DNA of 64,000 nucleotides from Stylophora pistillata (Eukaryota): NCBI RefSeq assembly GCF_002571385.2, contig NW_019218049.1, positions 96,569 to 160,568 of the forward strand, read 5' to 3'. Shown piece by piece: positions 1 to 13,200 of this stretch (position 1 is its first letter; each line of letters starts with the position of its first letter). The notes under the pieces were generated by a model. It saw only the letters and a program-made list of their open reading frames with translations, ran no database searches and was not told where the DNA came from. The position numbers and the translations under genes were made by a program.

Positions 1-652
1 AAAACCGACTAACAGTCAACACTAAGCTCACTTACCTTAGTCCTCTAAATGTCGTTCTTTTATTTGGATTTAATAGACGAACTGATCTTCTAGTCGAAGC
101 GCTTTGACAGCCGCAACACTTGCCATTGACACCCGTTACAGGTGTTATGGGTTACAGCTTCAATTGAGAACCCTGCACATTTCTCGATTTTCACTAGGTC
201 TTTTAAGATCTTGAAGCGGCGAGTCACTTCTATACTAAGATATAACCTGTCATCCTATTTAACTTTTTTCTTCTTTTTTTCAAAAAAACGAACAGGAATT
301 TGGAAATGATCCTCGCAGATTAGCCGTGATTAAAGAAATTGCAGGAAAGAACCCTAAAAAACTCCAGGCTTCGACGGGTTTCTTAGCCAGATACTAGTTG
401 CCTACCTAGATACTAGTTGAGCGTCATTACCATCTGATATACGACACCAGCTACTGATTGGGCGTTACTAGCTACCAACTGATTTACAGTGCCACATGTT
501 GAAAGTTAGACAAATGTTAATGAAAACTTCTCTACCAGAAAGGGATCTGCTCGCAATTCAATCAAATAAATTAATACATTCATTGTGACCAAATTGAAAA
601 TACTACTTAATACGCTATCTTTTTCTCGACAGTGGAAACAACAAACGTAAAG

Positions 653-3369
653 ATGTCCAAAGAAAAGCGTGTCTGTGTGATTGGTGCAGGTCCCAGCCGG
701 GTATGTCAGTGTTGTATCACTTCAATAAACTGAAAGAACAAGGCAAATAAATTCCTGACATTGTATGCTTCGACAAGCAGTCGAACTGGGGAGGGCTCTG
801 GAAATACTCCTGGAAAACTAGTAACTAGTTTTCAGTACCACCAAGAGAATATCAGTTGATCATGATTCTCTTGGTGGCGCGTTGACACGCTCTTCGAATC
901 ATTCCATCTTGTGTTGTATGTCACATAAGGAGTTGAATTTGATTAGTAATGTCAATAAGGCTTATTAGTGAAGATGAGGTTTTGCTGCACAGAGGAGGAG
1001 CCAATTGTGTAATCTGTTGTTAGCGCTTTCTTCTTAAGCACGCAGCGTCGAGATCGCACTAAAGGGGCGCGAGGAAAGTCGCGAGAAAAAAACCGTGGAG
1101 AGGAGCGATGCCTCTGAGAAAAAGGGAACGCAGAGTACAAGAAACCATATTTTTTCCCCGCATTTTTGAATTGACTTAAAACCCTGGCTTGACAGTCCAC
1201 TTGGTTTGTATGCATTCTGAGAAAAAAAAATGTTCAAGAAAACAATATGTTTAGAAAAAAAAAGTACATACACCCAAGGCAATAATTTGTCTCTATTTTC
1301 TTTTTTAAGGTATCGATCACTTTGGCGAACCCGTCCATGGAAGTATGTACCGAGGCCTCTGATCTAATGGTCCGTAGGAAGCTTTAGAGTATCCAGACTA
1401 CACCTTCGAAGATCATTTCAAAAAGGCAATTCCATCCTTCCAACCCAGAGAGGTTCTCTATGATTATCTCAAAGGTAAAACATCTCCTCACCTTAACAGC
1501 TCAAACCTGCTTGTTAGCTCTCCTTCCGCTTTCAAAAACTTTGTTTAAACTGTTGTCACTGGTTTTCCGAATTTCGTGATGAAAAGGTCATTCAACATGT
1601 CTATCTCTTAGGGGTAAAAGTACCTGTAGACGAACTACGTCTGGCTTAACAAATTGACAGACAACTACTGGCACGTAATTGAACAATGTTCCTCTTAAAT
1701 CTTTGATCAGGTCGTTGGACCAAAGGCAATCTTCGACACTGGATCCGTTTCAACCATGTCGTCCGCCAGGTGACCTACAACAACGATACTGACGACTTTT
1801 CAGTAGTTGTCAAAAGCCTTGTCGAGGACAAAGACCTTCCTGTTCAGAAGTATGACTACCTTATTGTAGCAAGTGGACACTTTTCTGTGCCGAACGTCCC
1901 CTCTTTTCAAGGAATAGAGAAGTTTCCTGGACGTGTAATGCACTCTATCACACAACTTCCGAAATCCTTATCAGTTCCAAGGTCAGACGCTCCGTATAGT
2001 TGTTTCCAGCTCTTCTGCTGAGGATATGGCCATCCAGAACCTCAAATGTGGTGCGAAGAAGATCATTTGTTGCTACAAGACCAAGCCGATGGGATTGACG
2101 TGGCCCCCTGAGATCACCGAGAGACCCGTGCTAATCAAGATCGAAGGTAAAACCGTCCACTTCAGGGATGGTACGACTGCCGATGTGGACGCCATCATTT
2201 TGTGCACCGGCTACCTCTTCCACTTTCCACTCGTTGAGGAGCGTCTTCGACTGAAGGCCAAGAATATCTTGTATCCTGCAGGCATGTAAAAGAATGTGCT
2301 GTGGACCGAGACTGGCAACAACAACTTCTTTTACATCGGAATGCAGAACCAATACTACACCCCCGCTATGTTCGACGCACAAGCCAATTGGACCGTCAAT
2401 TGGATCACAGGGGAGCTAAAATTCCCTGACAAGGAAGCCATGAGGAAGGACATAGAGAAATGGATCGCAAAGTAATAAGTCATAGGGATATTTTTCCTAT
2501 ATTGTCCAATGGCTTCTCTAGAAGTCTTTACTAATATTACTTCCCTACGCTCCTTGACTGATCTTTTAAAAAAGCCGTCGCCATCCCAACTAATCAGAGG
2601 AAACTTCAATGAACAATCAAGCATAACTCGATAAATCAGATTCAAAGCTTAAGCCTCAATCGTTTATCTGTCATGCGCGTTTTCCTATCATTAGCCCAGT
2701 TCACTTTTGTTTTCTTTGAGTTTCATTCGCTACTAGTTCCTTTTTTTCTTTTATTGCAACGTTACGACAAACACACTCAATCAAATGCACTCAAAGGGAT
2801 CTTTCCTCCATACGTTGAAAACAGCTTTGCTGCTATCTAAAAAGGAAAACCTAAACGTGATAATTGCTAATACTGGGTCACGGTATTAAAACTATTTTTT
2901 CCTTTCGTTACGAGTTGTAAGCTTCAAATGAGCGAAGCAAAAAAAAATTGACCTCATAACGGATCAGTAACAGGAAATTTTACTATTTGTTTTTCTTCAT
3001 CCTTTCAGGATGAATAAACTGAAGGTCAGTCACGATGATGTAGGATTCCAGACCGAATACGTGGTCGACACTGCCAAGAATGTAAACTATGGATATGACC
3101 TGGATTCCTCCCAACAGCTGCATGACTGGCAACATCACAGACATGAGGACATCCTCACTTACAGAGTTCGAAGCCACGCAAGCAAGTTTACTGGAAAACA
3201 GGCCCCAATTCACCGCACTAAATTTATGAAGGCGTTTGATGTCTCTATGGCGACGTATTTAGACCCATTAAACCCTGAACTAGTACTGGCTGGAAGCAAA
3301 GTTAGAGAATACAACGGTGATTCTTGTTTTGGTAAGACTTTTAAAGCGCCAAGGATTGTAGAGCTGTAG
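653..3369 (+). pseudogene. Flavin-containing monooxygenase pseudogene, bacterial Tmm/mFMO-like; exons ~653-820, 1310-1474, 1711-2471, 3009-~3265 (frame runs on to 3369)
   Basis: FAD motif VCVIGAGPS; NWGGLW; GEPVHGSMYRGL*SNGP*EALEYPDY; VASGHFSVPNVP; FMO motif FPGRVMHS..F; DAIILCTGYLFHFP. GT-AG introns in phase. Lesions: frameshift ~707, TAA 748-750, TGA 1360-1362, TAG 1375-1377, frameshift ~1947, TAA 2287-2289, and a degraded NADPH motif (VSSSSAED). Confidence 0.92.
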
Positions 3370-6300
3370 GAAAAAGATAATGTCGTCGTGAAAACACATT
3401 CCATTCTTGAAACGGATGTTGTAAGCACTGAGATACTACGTATGATTAAAACAAATTCTTAAGAAACTGGGGTATTGAATATTTCGATTTCAAGCTTAAA
3501 GTAGTAGGTTCTGAAATATAGCTTCAATCGTTTCAAAGTTAAATGTTACAATTAATAAGTCAAAGTGAATATTATTGTACAGAAGAATGCCGTTGGGGCT
3601 TACGGGCTAAGATCCGTCAACTCCTAACAAAAAAAGAGAGAGTGCGATGAAAAAAATCGTAGTGATCAAACCGGTTAAAAGGAACTTAATTTTTTTCTCG
3701 AAATTAATCCCTGTTTTCCTGGAATGAGATCCTCCGCCATCTTTCTATTATTGTGGAGAATTTTAGTGGAGGGTAAGTTAAGGACAAACTAGCACGTTAG
3801 ATCTTCACTCCCAAGCTAGCCTGGACAAGGTCGTCCTGGTTTACTATCTATTAAAAGATATTGAAAATGGTATTAATTGTTTGGTAATAAGTTTAAACTC
3901 CTTGGTTATTTCCTGAAGTGGGACGTGATAGATAGACACTTTATTATCCAACTTGCACGATTTGAAAAAAGAAATTCCTAAAGCCAGTCTGAAATCGTTT
4001 GTTCATTGAGAATTAATTTGGTGTCCGTTTGCTGGTGACGAAAAGGAATAAACAGGTACATTAAAGAAGGACTGGGATGCAGAGATACTTTCAAAGACAG
4101 GTAGACAGATAATAATAATAAACTTTCATCGGGTGCCAATTACCAGCACACTATCACGCTCGATTATGATAACAGTAGGCGCATCAAGAAACTGCGTATT
4201 TCAAGCTTTTTCACGAGCTTTAGACAGTCAAATCGATTTATTCTTGGAAAGGATCCATAAAAATGAACTCAGTATCACTGAACAAGAGCATTCTTCTTGA
4301 AAATAAATTTAAACCACTCCCTTTCTTTCTTATTCATGTTAAGTCGTAAACATTTTTCACCTGACCTACAACAGATATAATACTGTTCACAAGCCCGCTA
4401 ATTTCTTGGGGAGGAAGGGGGAGAAGCACAGGTCCTGTTTATATCAGAAATTGCTCAGATGTTCCCAACACGAAGGATGCCTTGATACACTCAACTTTTA
4501 CCTTGAGAACACTATTAAATGTTACTGAATGACAACATAACCAGAGTAATGAAGGAAAACCGGAGACAGTTCTAGAGGGAACGCAAGCTTTGCGGATTTA
4601 GCCTCCTTCCGTTTCTCGTTCGCCTTTCTAGTTTTTGGCCTCCTCAGTTCATTTCCGTTCGAATCAATGTTTACCGCTTTTTGGGGGTTAGAGAGATTCT
4701 TATTCTATTATTACGGTTTACATGGAAATTTTCGCAGGTTTTGCTGTTTCATTAACGATAGGGTTCCCTTTTTCATTTGCCACTAACTAATAAATATATG
4801 GTTCTTAACCTTCGTAATCAGTTTAAAATTTCAGGACATGATCAGCACCCACATAACCTCCCACTCAAGGACAAACCCAATGAGATATCTCGTAAAGAAG
4901 CATATTAAATTAAGTTTTGTGTGGGGTTTTTCTTCATGACTCTCTCTGCAATATAAAGAGGACATTTAATTCACTATTTGTCACATAAAGCTCTATCACA
5001 ATGAGATAATAAATTATACAAACTAGAGCTAAGAAAAAGGTTCAAGTCGGGTGCAGTCACTGACTTCAATTAAAGTTTAGGAGTACTGGAATACTAAGAA
5101 CTCAAAGTCGAAGGTAACTAGGATAAAAATGATATACGACAAAAGGGCTTGCATCCATGACGAATAGGCGTTCTTGCTCAGATATTACACTTGATTGTTT
5201 TACAATACCAATAATATGGGTACAAATAATGCGCGAATCGCGTACAAATATCCTGCGATATTGGCACACTTTTTTGTAATGTAAAAAAAAAAAAAAGGTC
5301 GGCTGCGCGGGGTTTGCTTCTCTATCTACCACCCTTTACCCACTTTAAGAAACGCGCATGAAATAAAGCAGTTGGATAATAACTTATCAGACGTTTTGTT
5401 GTGTTGTATCGCAGATCATCTCTACTTATTCTTTGTATTTTGACAGGTGCTACGGGTTGGTCAAAATATGGAACAACTCGTAAAAATACTCAGCGATATG
5501 TAACACCAAAACGTTCTATAAGTTATATTCTAGTACTTTTCATCACTCTATTGGTGGTTCTGAGTAAATTTTAATCTGCGATGCAACGAACAGGTATCAA
5601 ATTCGATTCTAAAATACAATTTCTAATTCGACCACAAAAAATAACCAGCGTCCGGTGTACAAAAAAGAAATTTCAGTGACTTTAGCGCACGGCTAATACA
5701 AGTAGAAAAGTAAGGAAAAGTTAGGGAGGGGTGAGAGTTTCATTTGCAACTTTCTGACAACTAACAAACTGAGTAAGGGAGGGGGAAGGCGTTTTGCTCT
5801 GCCATTCAAAGTAACTTCTACGAAGACTGCATTATCTGTCAAATCCACCCTAACTACTATCTCGAACCTCCCTCTATTTTGAAGGTAAGTGGTAAAGAAA
5901 TGAAGCAACTTCCTAACTGAATTAACACGTAAGCCAAAACTGTTAAATGAGGTGATATTTTTATTTCACGAATTTCTCATGGGAAAGAGAACAAAAACAT
6001 ATCAGTTGCAATCTAAGCATATCTAATCAACTCCTGATGATTAAGTCTGCAATTGACTTCTTCCACTTTTTTTATGAACCCAGATGCCTTGATAAGTTAC
6101 AGGAAACACCAAACCACAAATCTGTATTCATTTGTATTTCAATTAATCTTTTCACAGAATAATCCGTTTTATAATGCAGCTTTAAAATCATTTCTTACAG
6201 TGGATTGTGTGGTCAGTTAGAAATCACATTTTTTTTTCTGTCCTCTTACTTGGTGTATGCATATTATTTTTTAACTTCAGACACCCAGCCAATGTCTGTG

Positions 6301-6675
6301 CATAAATAACTTGTCTTTGTTCACCTGGCATTGTTTGCATTACCAGATATCATTTTTACAGAATTTGAACAAAAAGCTATTCTTGCCTCTTGGGAACTTT
6401 TAAATAAAAATTATACAATTCACGATTTAAATATAAACTTAACGTTCCCTTACAACTTTCGCATTCCAAAATTTAGAGTAGATTGTTTTACACATTAAAA
6501 TTGTACCCATCAAAGGGTTTTTAGGTTAGATTTTTATCACTTTGATTACATTACATTTTCTTCCATATTTGTATCCTTCTGACAATTTTTAAGAGAGAAA
6601 TAATATCAAAATTACGTTAAAATAACCTTCCAGCCAAGGTCTAAATCAAGTTAGCGTCATTAAATAAAGCGTATT

Positions 6676-7860
6676 CTAAATGCTACCTTGTCGATCGCTT
6701 ACACTTCTTACCGCCCAAGCTTGGTTTTGTTTTTCTAAAGTATTAAAATGACCATTCGCACCTCCACGATTTTGTCTACTTTGAGAGTATTTATCTACTG
6801 GTTTGTGTTCTGGAAGCCGTAACTCCATTCCCTCTCCGTGATCAGAGCTAAATTCGAAAGGAGCAATGCGATGTTTGCGCCCGAGTGAAGTCAATCGGTA
6901 TGCCTGTGATGCATCGGGCTTACAAAACACTCTTTTGCATCCTTGGCGAAAATCCCCACTAAAAAGGGCATATATCGCTACGTTTAACGTTGAATTTGAA
7001 AAGGACAGTAGTAACAAACACACGTACACGTATGGCTTTAAAATAGAGTTCAACGAAGATAGAACAAGGCTTAGAAAGTACGGAAGACAACAACAAATAA
7101 ATACGAGCCACTGAAGGAACAGCATACGAAGTACTTTGATTTTCGAACGAGGTACGCGGAACGCGTTCCTTCTGAAACTATTAGAGGTACTCTTCGCGTG
7201 AAGATTTCGAGTTATAATAGTGAAAGCAATTCGCAAGTACATCACAACAGTGAAGATAAGAGGGGAACAAAACGCAAGAAAGAAAAATAACATTAGGAAG
7301 ACCTTCCATTCAACTCCCGTGAAGTCGGGACGGCAAAAATGTTCGTTATCCACCTTGTCTGGCGACGTTGATGTGAAAAAATACAAAGTTGGTGCCGAAG
7401 AACAGATCATAAAGATCCAAACGAAAATAATAAGCTCTTTGGTTTGAGAACGGCTCATTTTGAATTTTAACGGATGTACAATGATATAGAAACGATCCAG
7501 TGAAATACAGGCCAGAAGCCCCGAAGATACACCAGCGTTTAAGAAGTGGAAGAAAACAGTCAGTTTACACGTTCCATCAAACAGCCAAGAACCACGCATG
7601 ATCCAGATCATGGTCCAAAGAACACACATGAAGGGTACCGTCAAGTTCGATAAGCCCAAACTCAAAACAAAATAATTGGTCGTCCATTCGCTTCGCCGAC
7701 TTTTCTGTATGACCAGTAGAATTAGCCCATTTCCGAGCACTGATCCCACAAAAATCATCGACAGTACAAACATTTCGGCAACAACAGCCCCAGAGCTCGA
7801 ACATCCTGGACTGGAGACGACATTTCGTTGGGAACAATTCGCCATGTCGACGTCCGCCAT
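6676..7860 (-). CDS. GPR19: Class A orphan GPCR, GPR19-like, 394 aa, single coding exon
   Basis: Seven hydrophobic segments. GPR19-type signatures: GNGLILLVIQKSRRSEWTTNYFVLSL, CISLDRFYIIVHPLKFKMSR, VPRSKIKVLRML, FRQGCKRVFC. A splice acceptor near 7927 indicates a 5'UTR intron. Confidence 0.85.
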   Translation of the reverse strand: MADVDMANCSQRNVVSSPGCSSSGAVVAEMFVLSMIFVGSVLGNGLILLVIQKSRRSEWTTNYFVLSLGLSNLTVPFMCVLWTMIWIMRGSWLFDGTCKLTVFFHFLNAGVSSGLLACISLDRFYIIVHPLKFKMSRSQTKELIIFVWIFMICSSAPTLYFFTSTSPDKVDNEHFCRPDFTGVEWKVFLMLFFFLAFCSPLIFTVVMYLRIAFTIITRNLHAKSTSNSFRRNAFRVPRSKIKVLRMLFLQWLVFICCCLPYFLSLVLSSLNSILKPYVYVCLLLLSFSNSTLNVAIYALFSGDFRQGCKRVFCKPDASQAYRLTSLGRKHRIAPFEFSSDHGEGMELRLPEHKPVDKYSQSRQNRGGANGHFNTLEKQNQAWAVRSVSDRQGSI

Positions 7861-10215
7861 ACTTTTCAGAGCAGTTGTGTGTCATGTAAACAAACCGGGA
7901 ATGAAAAGTTACGCGTTCCATTTGCCTGTAAAGAAATCGACTTCATTCGCGTGGTCGCTTTCTGAGGGGAAATTCATTCTTTAAAGAGTAAATGTGTTCG
8001 TTGAAATTCTTTTCCCATGGGCACCATAAGCTTATCTATTAAAATAATTCAGGTAACCTTTCCGCAATCGCTCGCTTTCTCTTCAAATGCAAATTACTTG
8101 CTCTGTGCAATCGGATCGCATGTTGTTTTGTCGCCCTGTCGCTGGGATACGGGACATCTGTCACTCACAAAAAGGGGAAAGGACGTAATTTTCTTTTATT
8201 GCAGAGAGGATATTTTGTGAAAATCTTACTTAGGATCAAACAGTCACATAAGAGGCTAAAGCTAAACAAAACGCAGGGATTTTCGTGAGAAGGGACACTT
8301 ACAAGTTTTCTACGTTCAATATATCATGAAGAAACGATATTATGGTCGCTAGTACAGACAGGTGAAAGAAACCTATTATCGACAACCGCTCTATGATTCG
8401 AATTCATAAAAAAACAGTTCGAGACAAATCAGTCATTTATAATAAAAGGCATGAGGATAACTACATTTAAAACAGCTGAGAACAACCCATTTCGACGGGT
8501 TCATCAAATACGAAACATTTGATTTCATAATTACTCTTCGATATGCATGGAAAGACAAAATGTCTGCACACAAAAATAATTATTCATGGATTCGCCAGTT
8601 TAATGATCACCAGAAACATACCATTCACAGGATGTTTTCTATAGTTTGTGTTAACTACAAGAAGTATCAACAGAAAAAGGGCCGTGATTACGTCAATTTC
8701 AACAGCTGAGGCTTACTAAGTATTTCGGGCATAATTTGGTACAGTTGCGGTAAAAACACTGAAGCTTTCGTTCTCACTTATATTGCTAGGCAAGTGTTTA
8801 TAGTGATCTAATACCCGTTTTTAGTATTTTCTCTGGCCCCTCAAGCATTATTTGAGTCGTTTAGGTTCTGAGCATGCAATATTGTGAATAAAAGTATTTC
8901 CTTTCAAAAACAGTGTCGAAGAATCGAACCACAAATTGACGCAGTGATTACTATACTTCAGACATAACCAATTTCAAAACCTTTGATACATAAAAGTGTT
9001 TACTTTTTATTAAATTTTTTTTGGGGTCATTCAATTATTATTATTATTTTTTTTTGACATATGTGAGCAGACTATCGTCACACAGCATTCTAAATATTTG
9101 TCATGAGGGAAGGGCAATGCGGAAAATGTCGGAAACGAAATTGGAAACATTCCCACGCGTGTCACTCGCGTGTCGCGAGGCGTATGTTGCAAAATTGAAA
9201 GGACCAGCATTGATATTTCCTTTTTATTGTCTATTATGCGTATACAATAAATATATGATATACCACGCAATGAGGTTTCATTCTGCGAGCTTAAAAATAT
9301 AACTCTATGGCCCTTTTCAGGACCACAATATGTAGACTTTCAAATATTTATTTAACCCAAAAGGAGCGAGTGTAGTTTAAAATTGAAACAGAAGCGACCC
9401 ACACCAGCTTCAGCTTTAAAATTAAACAGGATAAAAAGTTATGCTAGAGCATAAAATATGATCAGAAATTAATCTACGACTCCCTAAAAAAGAAGACAGC
9501 TACTCTAAAACTCCACACAGCAAAACCGTTTTTCACAGTTACGCGAGGAATTTTGACAAAACTCGTATCAGCCTGTTTCTTTTTTCCAGTAAAGAATGTT
9601 TTTTTTTTTCTTTCGCACCAAAGAGGCTCGATGTTGGAAGCCATTGAGACCAAAACGAGGAATTTTTAGACCCATTTGTAGCATTATTTACTTTGCTGGT
9701 TCGCTGACGTTACGTTGTTAGCTTTAGCTGGTCTCGTACCCAGGCCTTCCACTGTAGGATCTGGGAACGAGATTAAGCTTTAGCTTGAAAACGGCGAAAA
9801 CAGACCTTATGTTGCGTATGTTGCCAATTGGTGAATAAAATGTTTTAAAATTCAAGTTAACTCTTATATTTCTACAATAAAAAGAAGATTAAAGGGAGAA
9901 GTAGTCCCTGGTCATGTATCTAATGTATAAGATTTTAAACCTATTTAAAAAAAAAAAAAAAATAGAACAGTTTTTTAAAGTTATGTATGGTTGAAAATTT
10001 CTTGCTGATAACGTCGTATCATAAATCCGTTGGCGCATCCCTGAGAAAGTGACAACATGGGTGTTTTCGTCAAGAGATGTCTTCGGATAATCTTCGGCAA
10101 ATCCTTTCATACGAAGAACCTATCAATCACGCTACAACTCGTAAACCGAGCATTCTCCTCGCTGAATCGTCCGCAATAATCAGTTGCTTCTCGGGATTCA
10201 TATTCGTAAACAATG

Positions 10216-13200
10216 TCACGAAAACGCCCCGGATTCCATTTCGTTGATTAACTTGGCACAGTTAATTCCTCTACAAGTGGCGCGGTTCGGGCGGACCATA
10301 AGGCCGTGTTGCGGTTTGCTGAAAAGTTATGTAAATGTATTTGTCGAGTTACCTTCAGCTGTGGCAAATACTTTTGGAATAAAGTCTTTTCAAGATCGAT
10401 TGGAATAGAAATCTAGTCCTTAAACTCACCGGACGGCAAATTTTGTTGGATCTTACTTTTTAGGATTCAACGGGTGGCCACGAACAACCCCTGACGCGGC
10501 ACAGTGCTTTTAATTTTAAGCAGACAGGCTTTCAGGCGGAAGTATGGGGTACAATACAGTTTTCACGGTATCTAGGGGTATGCTCATTCCTTTTTGTTGA
10601 CAATAGGCGGGGAGGGACTGCACTAGCATTTTCATATTATTGAGAAGCATTCCAGTTTTTTTTCTCTTGTCGACAAGCAATATGCACCTTAATAATTTGA
10701 ATATATCAACAAAGTTGAAATGGTAAATTGGCCACCTTTACGATTATAAAAGCTGACGTTTCGAGCGTTAGCCCTTCGTCGGAGCGAATAGAGGAATTGT
10801 GGGTTGTGTGTGTTTTTAAAGGCAGAAAATGGAGCTACGTTATTGGTGGGAACATGGCAAGAAGGAAACCAAGAATAAATTAGTGGAATGAAAAGCGTTC
10901 GTTGATGCCTGTGGGATTTAGACTGCCGGTTTGAAAGACGAGCTTTTGTTGAAGANTTTTACGCCTTTCCGTGCAACGTAAGTGAAAGGAAAGACCGCAG
11001 ATTGCCATATGTTGCTTAGAATGATTAGGTGAATTAAAATGTCTAGCGACTGGTTTCGATGTGTCCTTGTCATTCCCACCAATAACCATGTTCCCACCAA
11101 TAACGTAGCTACATTTTCTGCTTTTAAAAGCACACACAACCCACAATTCCTCTATTCACTCCGACGAAGGGCTAACGCTCGAAACGTCAGCTTTTATAAT
11201 CGTAACGTTGGCCAATTTACCATTTCAACTTTGTTGATATATTCAAATAATTTCGTTTCTTTAGAAACTATCAGCCTTTATTCAATATGTACCTTAGACG
11301 GGGAGGGGGGTACACTCACATTTTCAAGATATTTAGCGGTATGTCAGGTTTCTTATTGATAGACAGGGAGCATCTAGGCGGGGGGGGAGGGGACTGCGTT
11401 GGAATTTTTCAGATATTTTGGGGTATCACAGCTCTCTTTACCTTACGAAAAAAAAGGGAGGTCAAATGAGTGGTGGACTTCAATGGCGATTTCATGATAT
11501 CTGGGGGCACGCCGCCAGGGTTCACTGTTCATAAAAAAGGGAGGTCATATCTACCCTATCCCACCTCTTCCCTTCTGACCCTATCAAACATCATTTGTCT
11601 TGAAGTAATTCTCATTGCCGGCTGCCATACAGTTCTCATGAAGTTGGTTGGGAGAAGTTGGTATTGGATTAACTAAAAATCGCCCGACTGATATTTTTCT
11701 TTATTCTTATAACTTGACTTCTTGATATTGTATTGATATTGTAAGGAGAAATTCCTTCTTGGTCACCCACGGGAGAGTAAGGGTTAAAGATAATACGATG
11801 ATCTCGGACCACCCCTGTGGGTAAGAATTAAGTTAGGTATGATGCATGAAAACTGGACGACTCTGCTCTTAAGAATCCTCATGAGAATAATATAGATATT
11901 CTCTGAGTCTTATGCTCTCCAGTTTTACACAATCATGGTACTTTCTCGTTAACCCAGAATACACGCATAAGTAAACAGTTTAACCAAAAATAATAAAGAA
12001 AATAGCACAAAAGTAAGGGAAAAAACCCACCACGAGAAGTATTTCTTGCCATTAACTGAGCCGTCGTTCTTTCCAACTGTAAAAAAGAGGATACGAGGTA
12101 AATAAACCATCTGGCTAGAAATATTTCGTACTTCTCTAGCTCCAAAAAAAAACAAAAAAAAACTAAAGGAGACTAGTCAGGTCAACAAGCCACTGCTAGT
12201 GGGATCAATTTATTGCTACTCCTCTCGGATAGGAAGCTCATTAATAGTGGGATCAATTTATTGCTACTCCTCTCGGATAAGAAGTTCGTTAATCCTTTAC
12301 ACCATCACATTAATGCCTTGTCACTCGCCCCAGATCTTCCACCCGTCCAATATGGCGACCGAATTCACCGCGCTTAATCTCGCGCTTGAAAACACAAACT
12401 ACCGCCTGCAAGCAGGCCATTCAAACTTGAAAATGATCTTTTTTCACGCAACGCTTGGGGGAGTGGGACTTGATATACAGCTGTTATGGAGACTAAGGAA
12501 AAACATACGCAACGCTTGAGGGAACGCCGCGGGACTTAATATACAGCTGTTAAGGAGGCTGAGGAAAAACACACGCACGCAACAAAGAGATTTTGTAAGA
12601 CTACCAAATAAGGACTGTTTATCTCTCTTCTGGTATAAATGTCCTGAGTGGTTTGAACTTTCAGCTACCAATTTGACAAAGAGTTTAGTACACATCTACA
12701 TATATGACGGCTAAAACTAGGGGGTTTGTTATCGTACCAGGCTTTCTCATTTCAACACCAAGCCAGGTCCCTTCTGCAAATTCCGCTGGTCCGATGTATC
12801 GCACAACGCCTAGTTCGCCGTTAACAAGCACACTTAGACCCTACAAAGAACACAACAAGAATTTAAAAAAAGTCGAGAAGAAAAACATTAAAAAAAAAGT
12901 TGTAGTTGAGTTCGCAAATGTGTCAAAATCAATGCGAAATATACTGCGCGATAAACAAATATCTTGTGAACGCCACAGTTACTAATGCGGAAATGTTATC
13001 CAGGTTTTCGAACATAGAGCGACTGGGAGTAGTGTTGTTCTTCGGGTTAGATACTCATTAAATACATGTTATCACCCAGTCCGTTTCTCAAGCAGATTCT
13101 CGGTAACTCTTTATACTATTTGGTGGGGAGGGGTACCATTCTAAAAGTATTCAACCGTGGGAGTTGTGTCTTACCCTAAATATAACATAATGAGCCCTTA

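Larger units (their letters stand above)
10695..11248 (-). mobile_element. 5'-truncated Penelope-like retroelement (GIY-YIG endonuclease C-terminus + pLTR, with inverted 5' pLTR)
   Basis: ~160 bp inverted arms (10695-10857 / 11087-11248) flank [22 protein letters not shown]...[25 protein letters not shown], typical of the PLE endonuclease C-terminus. Confidence 0.85.

Noticed and set aside
748-2289. Stop-codon readthrough or selenocysteine recoding in the FMO gene
   Set aside because: All three stop types plus frameshifts and a damaged NADPH motif indicate ordinary pseudogenisation. The same applies to the 56745-59088 pair.
12197-12580. Short tandem duplications (~48 bp and ~65 bp)
   Set aside because: Ordinary local slippage duplications in an intron, with no further structure.
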